Origin: Phoronis australis
Taxonomy: Eukaryota > Animalia > Phoronida
Direction of reading: 5' to 3'
Length of the DNA: 64,000 nt
Assembly (NCBI GenBank): GCA_002633005.1
Contig: NMRA01000188.1
Coordinates: 478,883 to 542,882 of the forward strand
Positions 46,801 to 58,978 of this stretch are shown piece by piece. The notes under the pieces were generated by a model. The model saw only the letters and a list, made by a program, of their open reading frames with translations, was not told where the DNA came from and ran no database searches. How positions within the stretch are numbered: the stretch's first letter is position 1; every line of letters starts with the position of its first letter. The translations under genes and the position numbers were made by a program.

Positions 46801-49515
46801 CTCAGACAGGAAGCTGCAGGGTCCTAATATACTGATTACTGTATAACCAACAATGTAAAACAACACTCTAAATATAACTAGGAATAACAAAAATACTAGG
46901 AAAATTGCTCATCAGTTAAAAATTCACAAAATAATTAAGACAGGCTTAAAGACTTCGGCATAAAACGTTTTTTCGATTTTAAGTTTTCACAATGACGTTT
47001 TCAATTATGGCATTTCGATTAATTACATAACAGAACAACCAATAAGAAACAAAATAAAACAACTTTTAACCACACACACCTAATTTCAAAATTAATATCT
47101 ATATGTATTTTACAATGATATGCTTCATAATGCTGACGGGCCCTGATACAAATATTCAGCCATAAAGGATGCCAGGAAAAGTGCTCTTTCAGTGGCTCAA
47201 GATTTCAACCACTGGTTCCAGAGACATCCGGCTGTATGAAGCAAATTTCTACTCAGCTTATCTCAATTTGGTAAACTAGATTCCACTCTCAAACAGTTAT
47301 AACAAGTCTATTAACTACTAAATGCAAACAAATTCAACAAAAGCAAGATCGGTTTAACATGAACAACATTTAACAAGACAGAAACAGTGGCTGATTGAAC
47401 GACATATTGCTCCCAAAGGCTGGTCACATGATCAGTAACATCAAAGGTATGAATAAATAGATTTTTGTTTTCAATTAGCAAAATACACAATTATAGACGA
47501 GGGAATAACTTATGATAAAACGTAATTACCAAATATCAACTGTTTATAGTAATTACTATTATTGTTAACGCTTCCTAACAAATAATACCTGTTTTAATTT
47601 TCAACTTACTTAGCACTTGACAGATCAGTAATAACCATTACACATAATATCTTATCATGATTTTTTTCAAGGTTTTAAAATTTTTTCAACAATAAATCAT
47701 GTGGGTGCCCGACGGGCTTTGTGAGTAATGCTAGCACTGCTCTGCAAAACCTGTCGCACAGTCACAAAGACACATCAATATCAATCAATCAACACAGCAG
47801 ATTAGTTCAACAGTTCATCTAAATTGCATAATATACCCACCAACAGGTGGCGTGCGAACACAACATCTTGCAAGTCACTGGATAACAAACAAAAGACTAA
47901 TTATCGACTTCAATAAATAGTGAGATTGCCAATTTTCCTATTACAGAAACGCATGTGGAAAAATGCCGAGTCGGTTACTGACACGAGCCTGCTAACGACA
48001 CAAATAACACTGGGACACCAAACAGAATACTTTTTAAATACAATATTTAGGTTAAAAACACTGTGTTCGATGCAGTAACCGACCCGACTTTAAGCCAGTC
48101 TACCTATCCAACTATCACACAATTCCACCCAAACGTCAAAAATGCCAGGTTAGAACAAATTAAAAAGTTCTTTGGACAAGTAAAAGATGAAGAACAAATC
48201 AAACAAAACTATATTTTACCACGGCGCACGGAAAGAACGTGAGATTTTCATCGCGGCCAACTTCGCGTCTCATTGTCACAATTTTGTGTCTGATTAGAAA
48301 GGCTCCGACTGAGTAACACAACAAAGAAGGTAAAAAAAAACAACAACCAGCACCAACTGTCTACTTTCTAAAGCTTCACGGACGCCAACCCACAGTTAAG
48401 TACAAGTTTAAGGACCATCAACAACGCTTTGCTAAGTTCTTGGGTGACAAAGACATAACAACTTAATGATCCCTAACACTTACCTATCATTGCGATTAAT
48501 GAATATTAATTAACTACTCGTACAATTTCATGCAATCAATAAAACACTGACTCAGGCAAGAAAATAAACGTAACAAAATCAATAAGACTAAATAATAGTA
48601 AAAACCGTCATTCCACGAATCTAGAGCAAGCCGAGTTAGAAACCTTGTGCACGATCTTGTTATCCGAATCAGATTCTAGTTGATAGAGGTAGGCTAAATC
48701 AACGCAAGAAAACATAGGGGGTTCATGGAAATCACAAGCAAAAAATCACAACTTCAAAAATAATAACAATTTTGCAAAAAGTGTCAAAAAACAACCGCCT
48801 GTAACACACCGTTTAGCAGATAACGAGTATTTAAACAAATTTAACTGGAAACAACAAACTACAAAATGAAAAAACAGCAATCATCAACAAACAACTGTTT
48901 GAGTACAAAACCCGGAAGTAGCCAATAACATGGATCTCTCTGTAGAAAAATTTAAGCAGCATCGTCAAAATCAACCATGATATGAACAGGTGCTTTTTGT
49001 TTAGTTTTCTTTTTCAACGTTTACGATCAATAATCAATAATTAAACCACATGAGCAGTTATGAAAAATATATGAAACTATTATGAAAATACAACAATCTA
49101 CAAGGGTGGCGTGAGACCACGATAAAATACTGAGAAAGAGCAACGTGCGCATTACCTAGAAACACTTAAGTTATATAGATATATAAGGAACAACATCCAT
49201 GCTAATTATAAACTCGGACATGCATCAACAGTTGCATATATATGTAACACTGTCATGCCTCACCAAAACAAGACTTATCATTGGCGGAGTCATGAATGAC
49301 GCGAAGGCAAGCTTGTCAGTGTTGAACATGAAATAATTAAGTCAACTTAAATCGAACTTGACGCTCTAACTACAAAGGCATGGTAACATTTGACCAAAAG
49401 ATTGGACCCTGAAATGTGAAAAATTAAGGAATCATGCAACCCACAGCTTCATTGTCAGGGTGCTTCTTCTTGAAGTGGCAGCAAAAATCTTGCTACGTCA
49501 TCTCCTCCCTCTGCT
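43870..49515 (-). other. Putative long 3' UTR of brat
   Basis: U-rich on the sense strand with no recognisable transposons. Candidate poly(A) signals: ATTAAA ~47593-47598, AATAAA 45184-45189, and ATTAAA 43889-43894 followed by U/GU-rich sequence. Confidence 0.5.
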
Positions 49516-52500
49516 TTAAGTGCCAATACCATACAGCTTGTCCATCATGTTGTCAGGGTACAAGCCATAGCCGAGGTTGGGAACCTGTAAATAACGGTAC
49601 ACATACAACCTGTAATCCTTACTGGCCAATACAATCGAACCATCATCAAGTAGCGCCACATCAAAGCACTGGGCGTGCTTCACCTTGCTCTCAAGCGCGT
49701 TGACAAGGGTGCCATCTTGTGTGAAGATGGTCAAGTTGAAGTTGTTGTGGTTGTCAGCGATCAAGATCTCACCCACACTGTTGATGCCGACACCGATGGG
49801 GTAGTTAGTGATCCCCTCGCCACCAATCTGTCGCAGGTACACTCCCTGGTAGCTGAACACCTTGACACAGTGAGCACGGTTGTCGCTAATGAAAATCTCC
49901 TCCTTGTCGTTGACGACAACGCCGTTAGGGAATTCCAGGTGTTTAGAGCAGCCAAACTTCTGCAGCACATTGCCTTGCTGGTCAAAGATGATGACACGCA
50001 TCACCTTACACTCAACGATCACGATGCGGCCTTTATCGTCGACAGTGACGCCTCGTGGATGTTGAAGAATATTGGCACCAAACTTACGTACGAACTGGCC
50101 ATACTGGTTGTAGATCTGCACTTGGTGTGTAGGGCTGCGTTCAGTCACCACAATGTCACCTGAGTTGCGGATCACCGCCACACGGTTCGGATAGAGCAGC
50201 TGACCATCGCGCTTGCCACACTCGCCAAACTGGAACTTGAACCGACCCTCTTTGTCAAAGATCTGAATGCGATGGTTGTTTGTGTCAGCAACCACAATCA
50301 GGTTCTGTGCATTGACAGCAACGCCACTGGGCTCCGTGAACTGACCCTCCAGAACACCAAACTCACCGAACTTGCAGTGGTAGATCATCTTCTGCCGTTT
50401 GATCTGGGACTTGGGTGGGTAGAGGTTAGCCGATGTGATGAGTTTCGAGGTCAGCTCGTTAATCAACGGGTCAGCACTCGTCGAGAAGATGTCACCACCA
50501 CCAGTCCCGTTCTGGAGGAGGTCCATGCCGCCAGTTGACCACTTGTCGTAAGGGTTCTGCAACGTTTCGTGACTGACCGGGAAAAGCGAATTCAAGTTGT
50601 TCAGGCTACTGTTGGAGTCATAGCGTTTACCCAGCAAGTCCGACTCAAAGATGTTGCTGCCAACTGGGCCATTGAGACTGCCATTGAGGTGCGGGACTGG
50701 CCCCATGCCACCATGGTTCATCGGACCATTGAGGCCACCTGCTTCCGAAATGGGCGTACCTATAGGCTTGTGGTAAGCCCGAAATCCATTCGGTCGGGCA
50801 ATGGGCTGTGGCTTCTGTACTGGGGGAGGGACTTCGCTGTCCTGGCGGACGTAGCCGAACGTGTTGCGTACGCCAGTCTGGATTGCTTGGTAGTTAGAGA
50901 CGAATTCCAAATCGAGACCGGACTGACCAACCTGGTCTGGCACGTATCCCATGAGCACTTGCATTTTGGAGTCGAGCAGCTGCTTAAACATGAGAACCTC
51001 AGTGATATTGGCATGCTTGACCAGCTTGTCAATGAACTCGCAGCCCTGGAACAGCTTGTCAGACGACTCCTGCACTTTCTGCAACATGCCATTAATAGAC
51101 AGCTGCTTGCTGTTGTAGGCAGATTCTGCAAGGTAAATAAACAATAAGACCAACTGTACGCAATGTGTGATAATGATTGGCATGAAAAAGGTATAATGTA
51201 CTGTTGTTCACAAATAATAATTGAGTTTTCCAACATAACCCGATTTGGATTTTGCACAAAGAAAAGTTCACCAACAAGTGATGATTTGGAAATGTAGTGA
51301 AAGAGTATATATGCCATGACCATTGTTCCTGGTTTGGTCGGAAAGTGATTATGTCACACCCCAAAATTGGAGACGAACATTATGGCGGTGGCCTATTCTC
51401 TTGTACTGACATTTCTGTTCACATCCGCTAAATTCAACAAAAAGAATTTTTTAAGATAATGACACAGCGTCTGTGAACCATACAGATTAGTATATTAGTT
51501 ATATATAAGAAGAGTTTAACTGGTGATTTTCCAGTTACAACTTTTGACCTAAAGTAATTTCCCATAGAGAAGTGGCAAGGGTTAGAACCAAGATGGCAGA
51601 ATTTCCTAGACGACCCTAATAACATGTCACACTTTGCGTTCCCTTGCAGCACTCGACACTTAGCTTAATGCCAACTCGCATTTGGTGACCTGGCAAATTT
51701 CCCAGGTCACCAAACGAAATTTGAGGTAACGAGAAATGAAAATCCCAGGTCACCGGTCCAGCCTAAAAATAGATGACTAAAAAATCGTAACATACCCCAT
51801 TCTCAGCATTGTACCTCTCCAACTTCTCCCCATTAATATACATTCATTCTCTAACCCCCCCCCCACCACCAACGAATTACAACGATCGCATACACATATG
51901 GGGAGTATTTCACTAGTCATTAAGGGCTGTTCCAGCAAAATCTGTGTGGGAGGGGGGGGAAGGCAGCTGAAATAAAAATTTATGGGTGGTTGCGTTTGAT
52001 TTAAATTCAAAATGGCTGGTGGTCGTACTTCAAAAAAATAAAAATTTACTGGTCATTGTTGTTTCATTGGGCCATAAATGTTTGATGGTGGGTAATTTTA
52101 GTAAATTTTNNNNNNNNNNNNNNNNNNNNNNNNNNNNNNNNNNNNNNNNNNNNNNNNNNNNNNNNNNNNNNNNNNNNNNNNNNNNNNNNNNNNNNNNNNN
52201 NNNNNNNNNNNNNNNNNNNNNNNNNNNNNNNNNNNNNNNNNNNNNNNNNNNNNNNNNNNNNNNNNNNNNNNNNNNNNNNNNNNNNNNNNNNNNNNNNNNN
52301 NNNNNNNNNNNNNNNNNNNNNNNNNNNNNNNNNNNNNNNNNNNNNNNNNNNNNNNNNNNNNNNNNNNNNNNNNNNNNNNNNNNNNNNNNNNNNNNNNNNN
52401 NNNNNNNNNNNNNNNNNNNNNNNNNNNNNNNNNNNNNNNNTATATAAGAAGAGTTTAACTGGTGATTTTCCAGTTACAACTTTTGACCTAAAGTAATTTC

Positions 52501-54606
52501 CCATAGAAAAGCGGCAAGGGTTAGAACCAAGATGGCAGAATTTCCTAGACGACCCTAATAACATGATGTCACACTTTGCGTCCCCTTGCAGCACTCGACA
52601 CTTAGCTTAATGCCAACTCGCATTTGGTGACCTGGCAAATTTCCCAGGTCACCAAACGAAATCTGAGGTAACGAGAAATGAAAATCCCAGGTCACCGGTC
52701 CAGCCTATAAATAGATGACTAAAAAATCGTAACATACCCCATTCTCAGCATTGTACCTCTCCAACTTCTGCCCATTAATATACATTCATTCTCTAACCTC
52801 CCCCCCACCACCAACGAATTACAACGATCGCATACACATATGGGGAGTATTTCACTAATCATTAAGTGGGTTTGATGTGTGCTGACTGCTGTGGTGACAA
52901 ATGTACTGATTTCCCGAAATAAACGGGACAATTGTGAATCTAACTTGAATAATAAATCTAGGACAACTATTTGTAGCTAGTTTGAAAGTCAACACAAACT
53001 TTAAAACGAGTTTAAGGGGAATTATTGTCTGACTTTGATACTTGCAGTGACTTGAGATTTTTTCCCGGTTGCCAAACACAGTCGAGCACTGCTATATGAT
53101 TAAAGTGGTCTATTTTCATTCGTATCACAGATCTACATATGTGGTGATCACAATGAAAAGAAATTGGATGTGTTAAAAATGACCGCATGGGGGTCAGAGC
53201 AACTCACCCAGCTCTTTCAGCAGTTCTGCCTTCCTTTCATCCAACATGGTGCGATAGAAGTTGTACGTCTCTGTGATCTCGTTCTGTGCTTTGTGATACT
53301 GAACCTGTAATCGGTTGGATGTGTGCTCCAGACCTACAACAGCCGATAATTTCAACTCAACACATATTCATTTAGACAAGACAGATTTACAATACATACC
53401 AGAGTTTACTGCAGACAAGCTCAGAGAATATATTACACAAATATCAGTTTAAGAAGCACAAATCAATACAAATACTCATTCTGGTGTAACCCATACTGCA
53501 GCCAGCGCACTAGCTGAAACTGAAACAGTCAGTATGTTCACCTGTACCCACAGGTAGGAGTTTATACTTGAAAATCTAACAAGTTACTGTTTTGGTGTCC
53601 ATTTCTTTTGAAACTCGGAAAGGTTTTACAATTCAGCCATGTATAATTTTGCCCACAAAATGCCCCCAAGAATATCTGCGGAAAAATGCTACACTCAATG
53701 GGTTTTTCTATGGGTGGCTATACGTACAGGTAACTCCAGTAGACACGTTAAAGAATGACATATAGCACAGTTCACAAATATCTTATCGAACGCATACCAA
53801 TGAAGAAACTAAATTGTTAATTTTGATCATGTGAAGTGGTTGGCTCGCATTACTCGACACTCACCCTTGGAGGTACCTCGCATGTTGCCAGCCTTGACCT
53901 TCGCAGCACCAATCAGCTGCTGCAGATTCTCAACGTATTTGGTGCCAGCTTCGTTAATTGGCTCGCAACCGTGTGTCTGGTGGTCACTGGATGCACACTC
54001 TTGACACACAGGCGTGTTACATGGGCGGCAGAAGAACTTCATGGGCTCATTCTTATGCAGTGTACACAACACCACTGGCTTCTCCACATCCCCATTGGCT
54101 TGACCTCCGACTTCCTTCAAGTCAGTCAAAGTCTTGACCCGGTGACCCTCGAAGCAGTGCATGAATTGGTGTGCCATCACACAGTTTGGACAGAGGAAGT
54201 TGGCGCAGTCAGAGCAACGCGCCACCGCATTCGAATCCTTGCTCTTACAGCCGGTGCAGCTAAGCCCTGCAGTGGGGATAGACGAAGTGACTGCCTCCTG
54301 CTGCAAAACAGCGCTGACTGCGTAGTCGGGCAGCAGTCCGGACAGACCAGAGGAAGTCAACAGGGAGTCTTGGTGGCACTGTGGGCATGTTATCTTCTCA
54401 GGGACTTCTTGCAGCTTTTCCAGGCACGGCTGGCAGAAGGTATGGAAGCAGGCAAGGACTTTCGGAATGGTGAACGTCTCGTGGCACTGACTGCATGTGG
54501 TGTTGAGGCCATTAGCGGTCACCGCCGCGGGAGAGGGTTCGCTGGTAGAGGAGTTGGAGCCTGACGACAGGCTGTCACAGTGGGACACAGGTGGCGACGA
54601 AGTCAT
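49516..54606 (-). CDS. brat: Brain tumor protein-like TRIM-NHL (RING, two B-boxes, coiled coil, NHL repeats), >=825 aa
   Basis: Exons (minus): 53865-54606 (acceptor at 54626, frame open upstream of the ATG), 53208-53333, 49516-51125; both introns are phase-1 GT-AG. Brat signatures: CVMAHQFMHCFEGH, LQVQYHKAQNEI.ETY.FYR, FVSNYQAIQ.GVRNTFGY, KSQIKRQKMIYHCKFGEFG, TERSPTHQ, ESKVKHAQCFDVAL. Confidence 0.96.
51502..52866. repeat. ~420-bp near-identical duplication (51502-51924 and 52441-52866) flanking gap 52110-52440
   Basis: The copies differ by a few SNPs and small indels; probably uncollapsed haplotypes. Confidence 0.9.
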
Positions 54607-55996
54607 TACAGCAATAGTGATTGCACCTGTACAACAAAAGAGCTTGATCAGTCAGTATCAAGGAGCAATAAAGTGGTAGAACTAATAACAGTGATTGTAA
54701 TGGGGCTTAATTATTATGGCACACCATTGTTTTCACAAGGCTTGTTGAGCTCCCACACTCCTAGTCAGAGTTTGAAGAAAATATGCCAATTGCACTTTTC
54801 AGTGAGAAGCCATTATTCATCGAAATTATGACTATGACCAATTTTTGGCAAAAACGTTGACAAAGAAAACAGAACATCAATACTGGTAGTCTTCATTTTA
54901 ATATTGTATGGCACCACAGTTTAATAATGTGTGACACTTTCACATCATTGTCACACTACTTTGAACTTAAAGAAAATACTGCTCCATTGTGGAGGGAAAT
55001 TGACAGACATTAATAAATTGATTGCACTGGTATCATATCAGCAACAGAGGCGGGATTGACTGGCAAGGTTCATTTTTGGTATGTTCCTTGCTCTACTCAC
55101 AAAACTAAAATTTCTATTACAATTTAAAGAGGCCTGGAACGTGATAAACAGACTAAATTGCAATATTGAAAGTGGTCCTCTGCAACTGACACAGAATGCA
55201 ACCCACACACCAAGTCATTTTAGGATTTGTTCATCAATATTTTTACTTTCTGATGATATCAAAGCATTTCCTTTTAGTTTCAAATTTCAAAAAATGATCT
55301 GCCACTTCGTCAACTTTTCTCCCACAAGGCAAAGCTTGTCTCCTTATTTGGTATGACAAACAACTGGCTGTGAGTACACTGATCATAAGTTGGAGGGAGA
55401 TTAGAAACTCTGTGGTAACCACAGTTTTTTCTTCACTCGTATTTCTTAAAAAATCATGAATTTTGTGATTTTTCAGGAAATTTCCTAACAGGGGACATGA
55501 TGTTGTGAGATGGTACTTTCGTCAGGAATTGATTAAGATATTTCTGAAGAGGTTTCGAGTTCCATGTCTCTTTAACTAAGAAGAGCACTTAGCATTTCTT
55601 CTCAGACAAAAATACAGGATCTCTTGGCAATTGGCCCGACACTACATGAAAAGATCCTATGTCTGGATAAGGGTACTTAAGCAATACATAACAAAAAATC
55701 TAAGCATGTACAATGACTGCGTCAGATTGCAACACCACAAGAACAGCATAGAGTCCTTAAATATAGACCTGAATATTACACCTTATCATATACGGTAAAA
55801 TATCACTAGTTTTGGACAACATAAGTGTCATCCACACCCAGACCTACCCAGGAACAAGTTACTCCTGGAAAGAGGTGTTGCTAAGGTTGGACCCAGTGTG
55901 GAAGCTATTTAAACTTGTGCAATTTACCCCACTTGTGACAACTTACCCCACATTATCAAGGTGGGATTAACTTGTGCTGTTATTGGGCCACTTCTA

Positions 55997-57588
55997 ATTC
56001 CTATGTGGCCGCAAACCTGGGGCAAGGCCAAAGTAATTGTCAGTTGCAGTTACATACAGATGGGTTTTCTTTTGCATTCCAAACTCGTATTAGGTTTCGT
56101 TGTCATGCACAGAGCGATAACTTCCACCTTACCCTACCGTGTGTGTGTGTGTGTGTGTGCGTGTGCGCGAGTGGACACTCCACTTAAATATAGGGCAAAT
56201 GGCAAATAGAAAGAAAACAAAATTTCTCTATCTTGGACAGGGATGAAAGCCTGATGCCCAGTAAATATGAGGGCCAAAAAAACCATGCCAACGACAAATC
56301 CCCTATTGCACCTTATGACATTTTCAGAACATGTCACTGGCCCTCGTTTCTGAGAGAAACAATTTCCTCCACTGAATAAACGAGCACTCAGCACCTACAT
56401 GATTCTTAAAACCTATGACTCTGTAACGGAAGGCATCAGATTTTTCAATGCCGACACCTTTTCTTTTCCTTTGCTAGGCAGAATACACATACCCAATGTT
56501 TCTGTTTACCTGTAAATACCAGTATTTTACCAGATTTTTTAGTCGGACCAGAATGCGTGTAGATCAGGGTGATTAGCTGCTCCCTTACCTCAATGTGTGA
56601 CCCAGATCAAGGTCAAACTGGCGGCAATTTTAAGTTCCTTGGCATACGCAAAACTCTATCCTTTACCAATGGTGCAGGGATATACCAAGGTTTCAAAACC
56701 CCGCTCCCCAACTGGGCGAGTGCGCCAAAAAATCTACAAGTCCAAGCCTAAGTTCAGTCGCTCAGCCATTTTGCATCAGTCACCACAAACTTGCAGACGT
56801 CAATAAAAATGATCGTTTCGTGCGTTGATGTCGCCATCTATTAGGGTTAGTATCGTTTTCAGAAAAAGCAGAATTCCTACCAAGAAACTTTAGACGTCGA
56901 TGAATTCCCAGCAACGCAAGACGTAGCCTTAGCGCAATGCTATAATACAGCAATGCGCTGATGTGGGTCAAAGACTGACCAATAAAATCTGACACAAAAT
57001 TAGTGTCATTAAAAACTACACTCTTCTTTGAGTACACTAAATTATTTACCGTTGTTGAAATCATTGGCGATTTACCATTATTCTGCTGCTAAAATTGCGC
57101 CACTATCTTTGCGTCGGCTTTCGGCACCCAGCCATGAAATATTACGTCACCCATTGGCCAATTTCTGTATTCGCCGATTCTTCGAAGAACTCTCGTTCTT
57201 TCACCAGATTGCGTACACGTCACAACAAATTATTGTGATTAGTTTCACTTCCTTATAAGTTTATAATATTTTAATCAGCAAACCAAATTTAAGAAGAAAT
57301 TTTGCTGTCATCTTCTCCAGTGAGATGTCATAAAACTTTAGGAAATGGCGCAGGTTCATATCACGAGCGTACTGTTTTTAAAAAGCTGGCATACTTGTCT
57401 TTGGTGCAAAAGGCGGAGAATTACCCCAGAAAATGAAGTTTTTTAGANATTCCTATGTGGCCGCAAACCTGGGGCAAGGCCGAAGTAATTGTCAGTTGCA
57501 GTTACATACAGATGGGTTTTCTTTTGCATTCCAAACTCGTATTAGGTTTCGTTGTCATGCACAGAGCGATAACTTCCGCCTTACCCTA

Positions 57589-57638
<50 letters not shown>

Positions 57639-58978
57639 GTGCGTGCATGCGTGTGGGCGCGCGCGAGAGTGGACACTCCACTTAAATATAGGGCAAGTGG
57701 CAAATAGAAAGAAAACAAAATTTCTCTATCTTGGACAGGGATGAAAGCCTGATGCCCAGTAAATATGAGGGCCAAAAAAACCATGCCAACGACAAATCCC
57801 CTATTGCACCTTATGACATTTTCAGAACATGTCACTGGCCCTCGTTTCTGAGAGAAACAATTTCCTCCACTGAATAAACGAGCACTCAGCACCTACATGA
57901 TTCTTAAAACCTACGACTCTGTAATGGAAGGCATCAGATTTTTCAATGCCAACACCTTTTCTTTTCCAATGTTTCTGTTTACCTGTAAATGCCAGTATTT
58001 TACCAGATTTTTTAGTCGGACCGGAATGCGTGTAGATCAGGGTGATTAGCTGCTCACTTACCTCAATGTCTGACCCAGATCAAGGTCAAGCAGCAGATAA
58101 CCATCAGCGTCACATAATGGGTGAGATTGCAAACTTCGCCAGACTGGCGGCAATTTTAAGTTCCTTGGCATACGCAATACTCTATCCTTTACCAATGGTG
58201 CAGGGATATACCAAGGTTTCAAAATCCCGCTCCCCAACTGGGCGAGTGCGCCAAAAAATCTACAAGTCCAAGCCTAAGTTCAGTTGCCCAGCCATTTTGC
58301 GTCAGTCACCACAAACTTGCAGACAACGTCAATAAAAATGATCGTTTCGTGCGTTGATGTCGCCATCTATTAGGGTTAGTATCGTTTTTGGAAAAGGAAA
58401 ATTCCTACCAAGAAACTTTAGACGTCGATGAATTCCCAGCAACGCAAGACGTAGCCTTAGCGCAATGCTATAATACAGCAATGCGCTGAAGTGGGTCAAA
58501 GACTGACCAATAAAATCTGACACAAAATTATTGTCATTAAAAACTACACTCTTCTTTGAATACACTAAATTATTTACCGTTGTTGAAATCATTGCCGATT
58601 TACCATTATTCTGCTGCTAAAATTGTGGCACTATCTTTGCGTCGGCTTTCGGCACCCAGCAATGAAATATTACGTCACCCATTGGCCAATTTCTGTATTC
58701 GCCGATTCTTCGAAGAACTCTCATTCTTTCACGAGGTTGCGTACACGTCACAACAAATTATTGTGATTAGTTTCACTTCCTTATAAGTTTACAATATTTT
58801 AATCAGCAAACCAAATTTAAGAACAAAACTTGCTGTCATCTTCTCCAGTGAGATGTCATAAAACTTTAGGAAATGGCGCAGGTTCATATCACGAGCGTAC
58901 TGTTTTTAAAAAGCTGGCATACTTGTCTTTGGTGCAAAAGGCGGAGAATTACCCAAGAAAATGATGTTTTTTTTTAGA
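55997..58978. repeat. ~1.5-kb tandem duplication (55997-57447 and 57449-58978) joined at a single N, each copy with a (GT)n microsatellite
   Basis: The copies differ in GT-repeat length, a ~55-bp indel, a ~26-bp indel and SNPs. Confidence 0.92.

Noticed and set aside
51126-51183. N-terminal MPIIITHC... of the 555-aa ORF
   Set aside because: Intronic; the exon begins at the acceptor at 51125, in phase with the exon at 53208-53333.
52589-53091. CAGCACTCGAC...GTCGAGCACTG TIR element
   Set aside because: The ends resemble the 60690 family but are mismatched, and no TSD is retained.
49434-54564. Long plus-strand ORFs (49675-50163, 50569-51147, 53836-54564)
   Set aside because: Antisense shadows of codon-biased brat exons.
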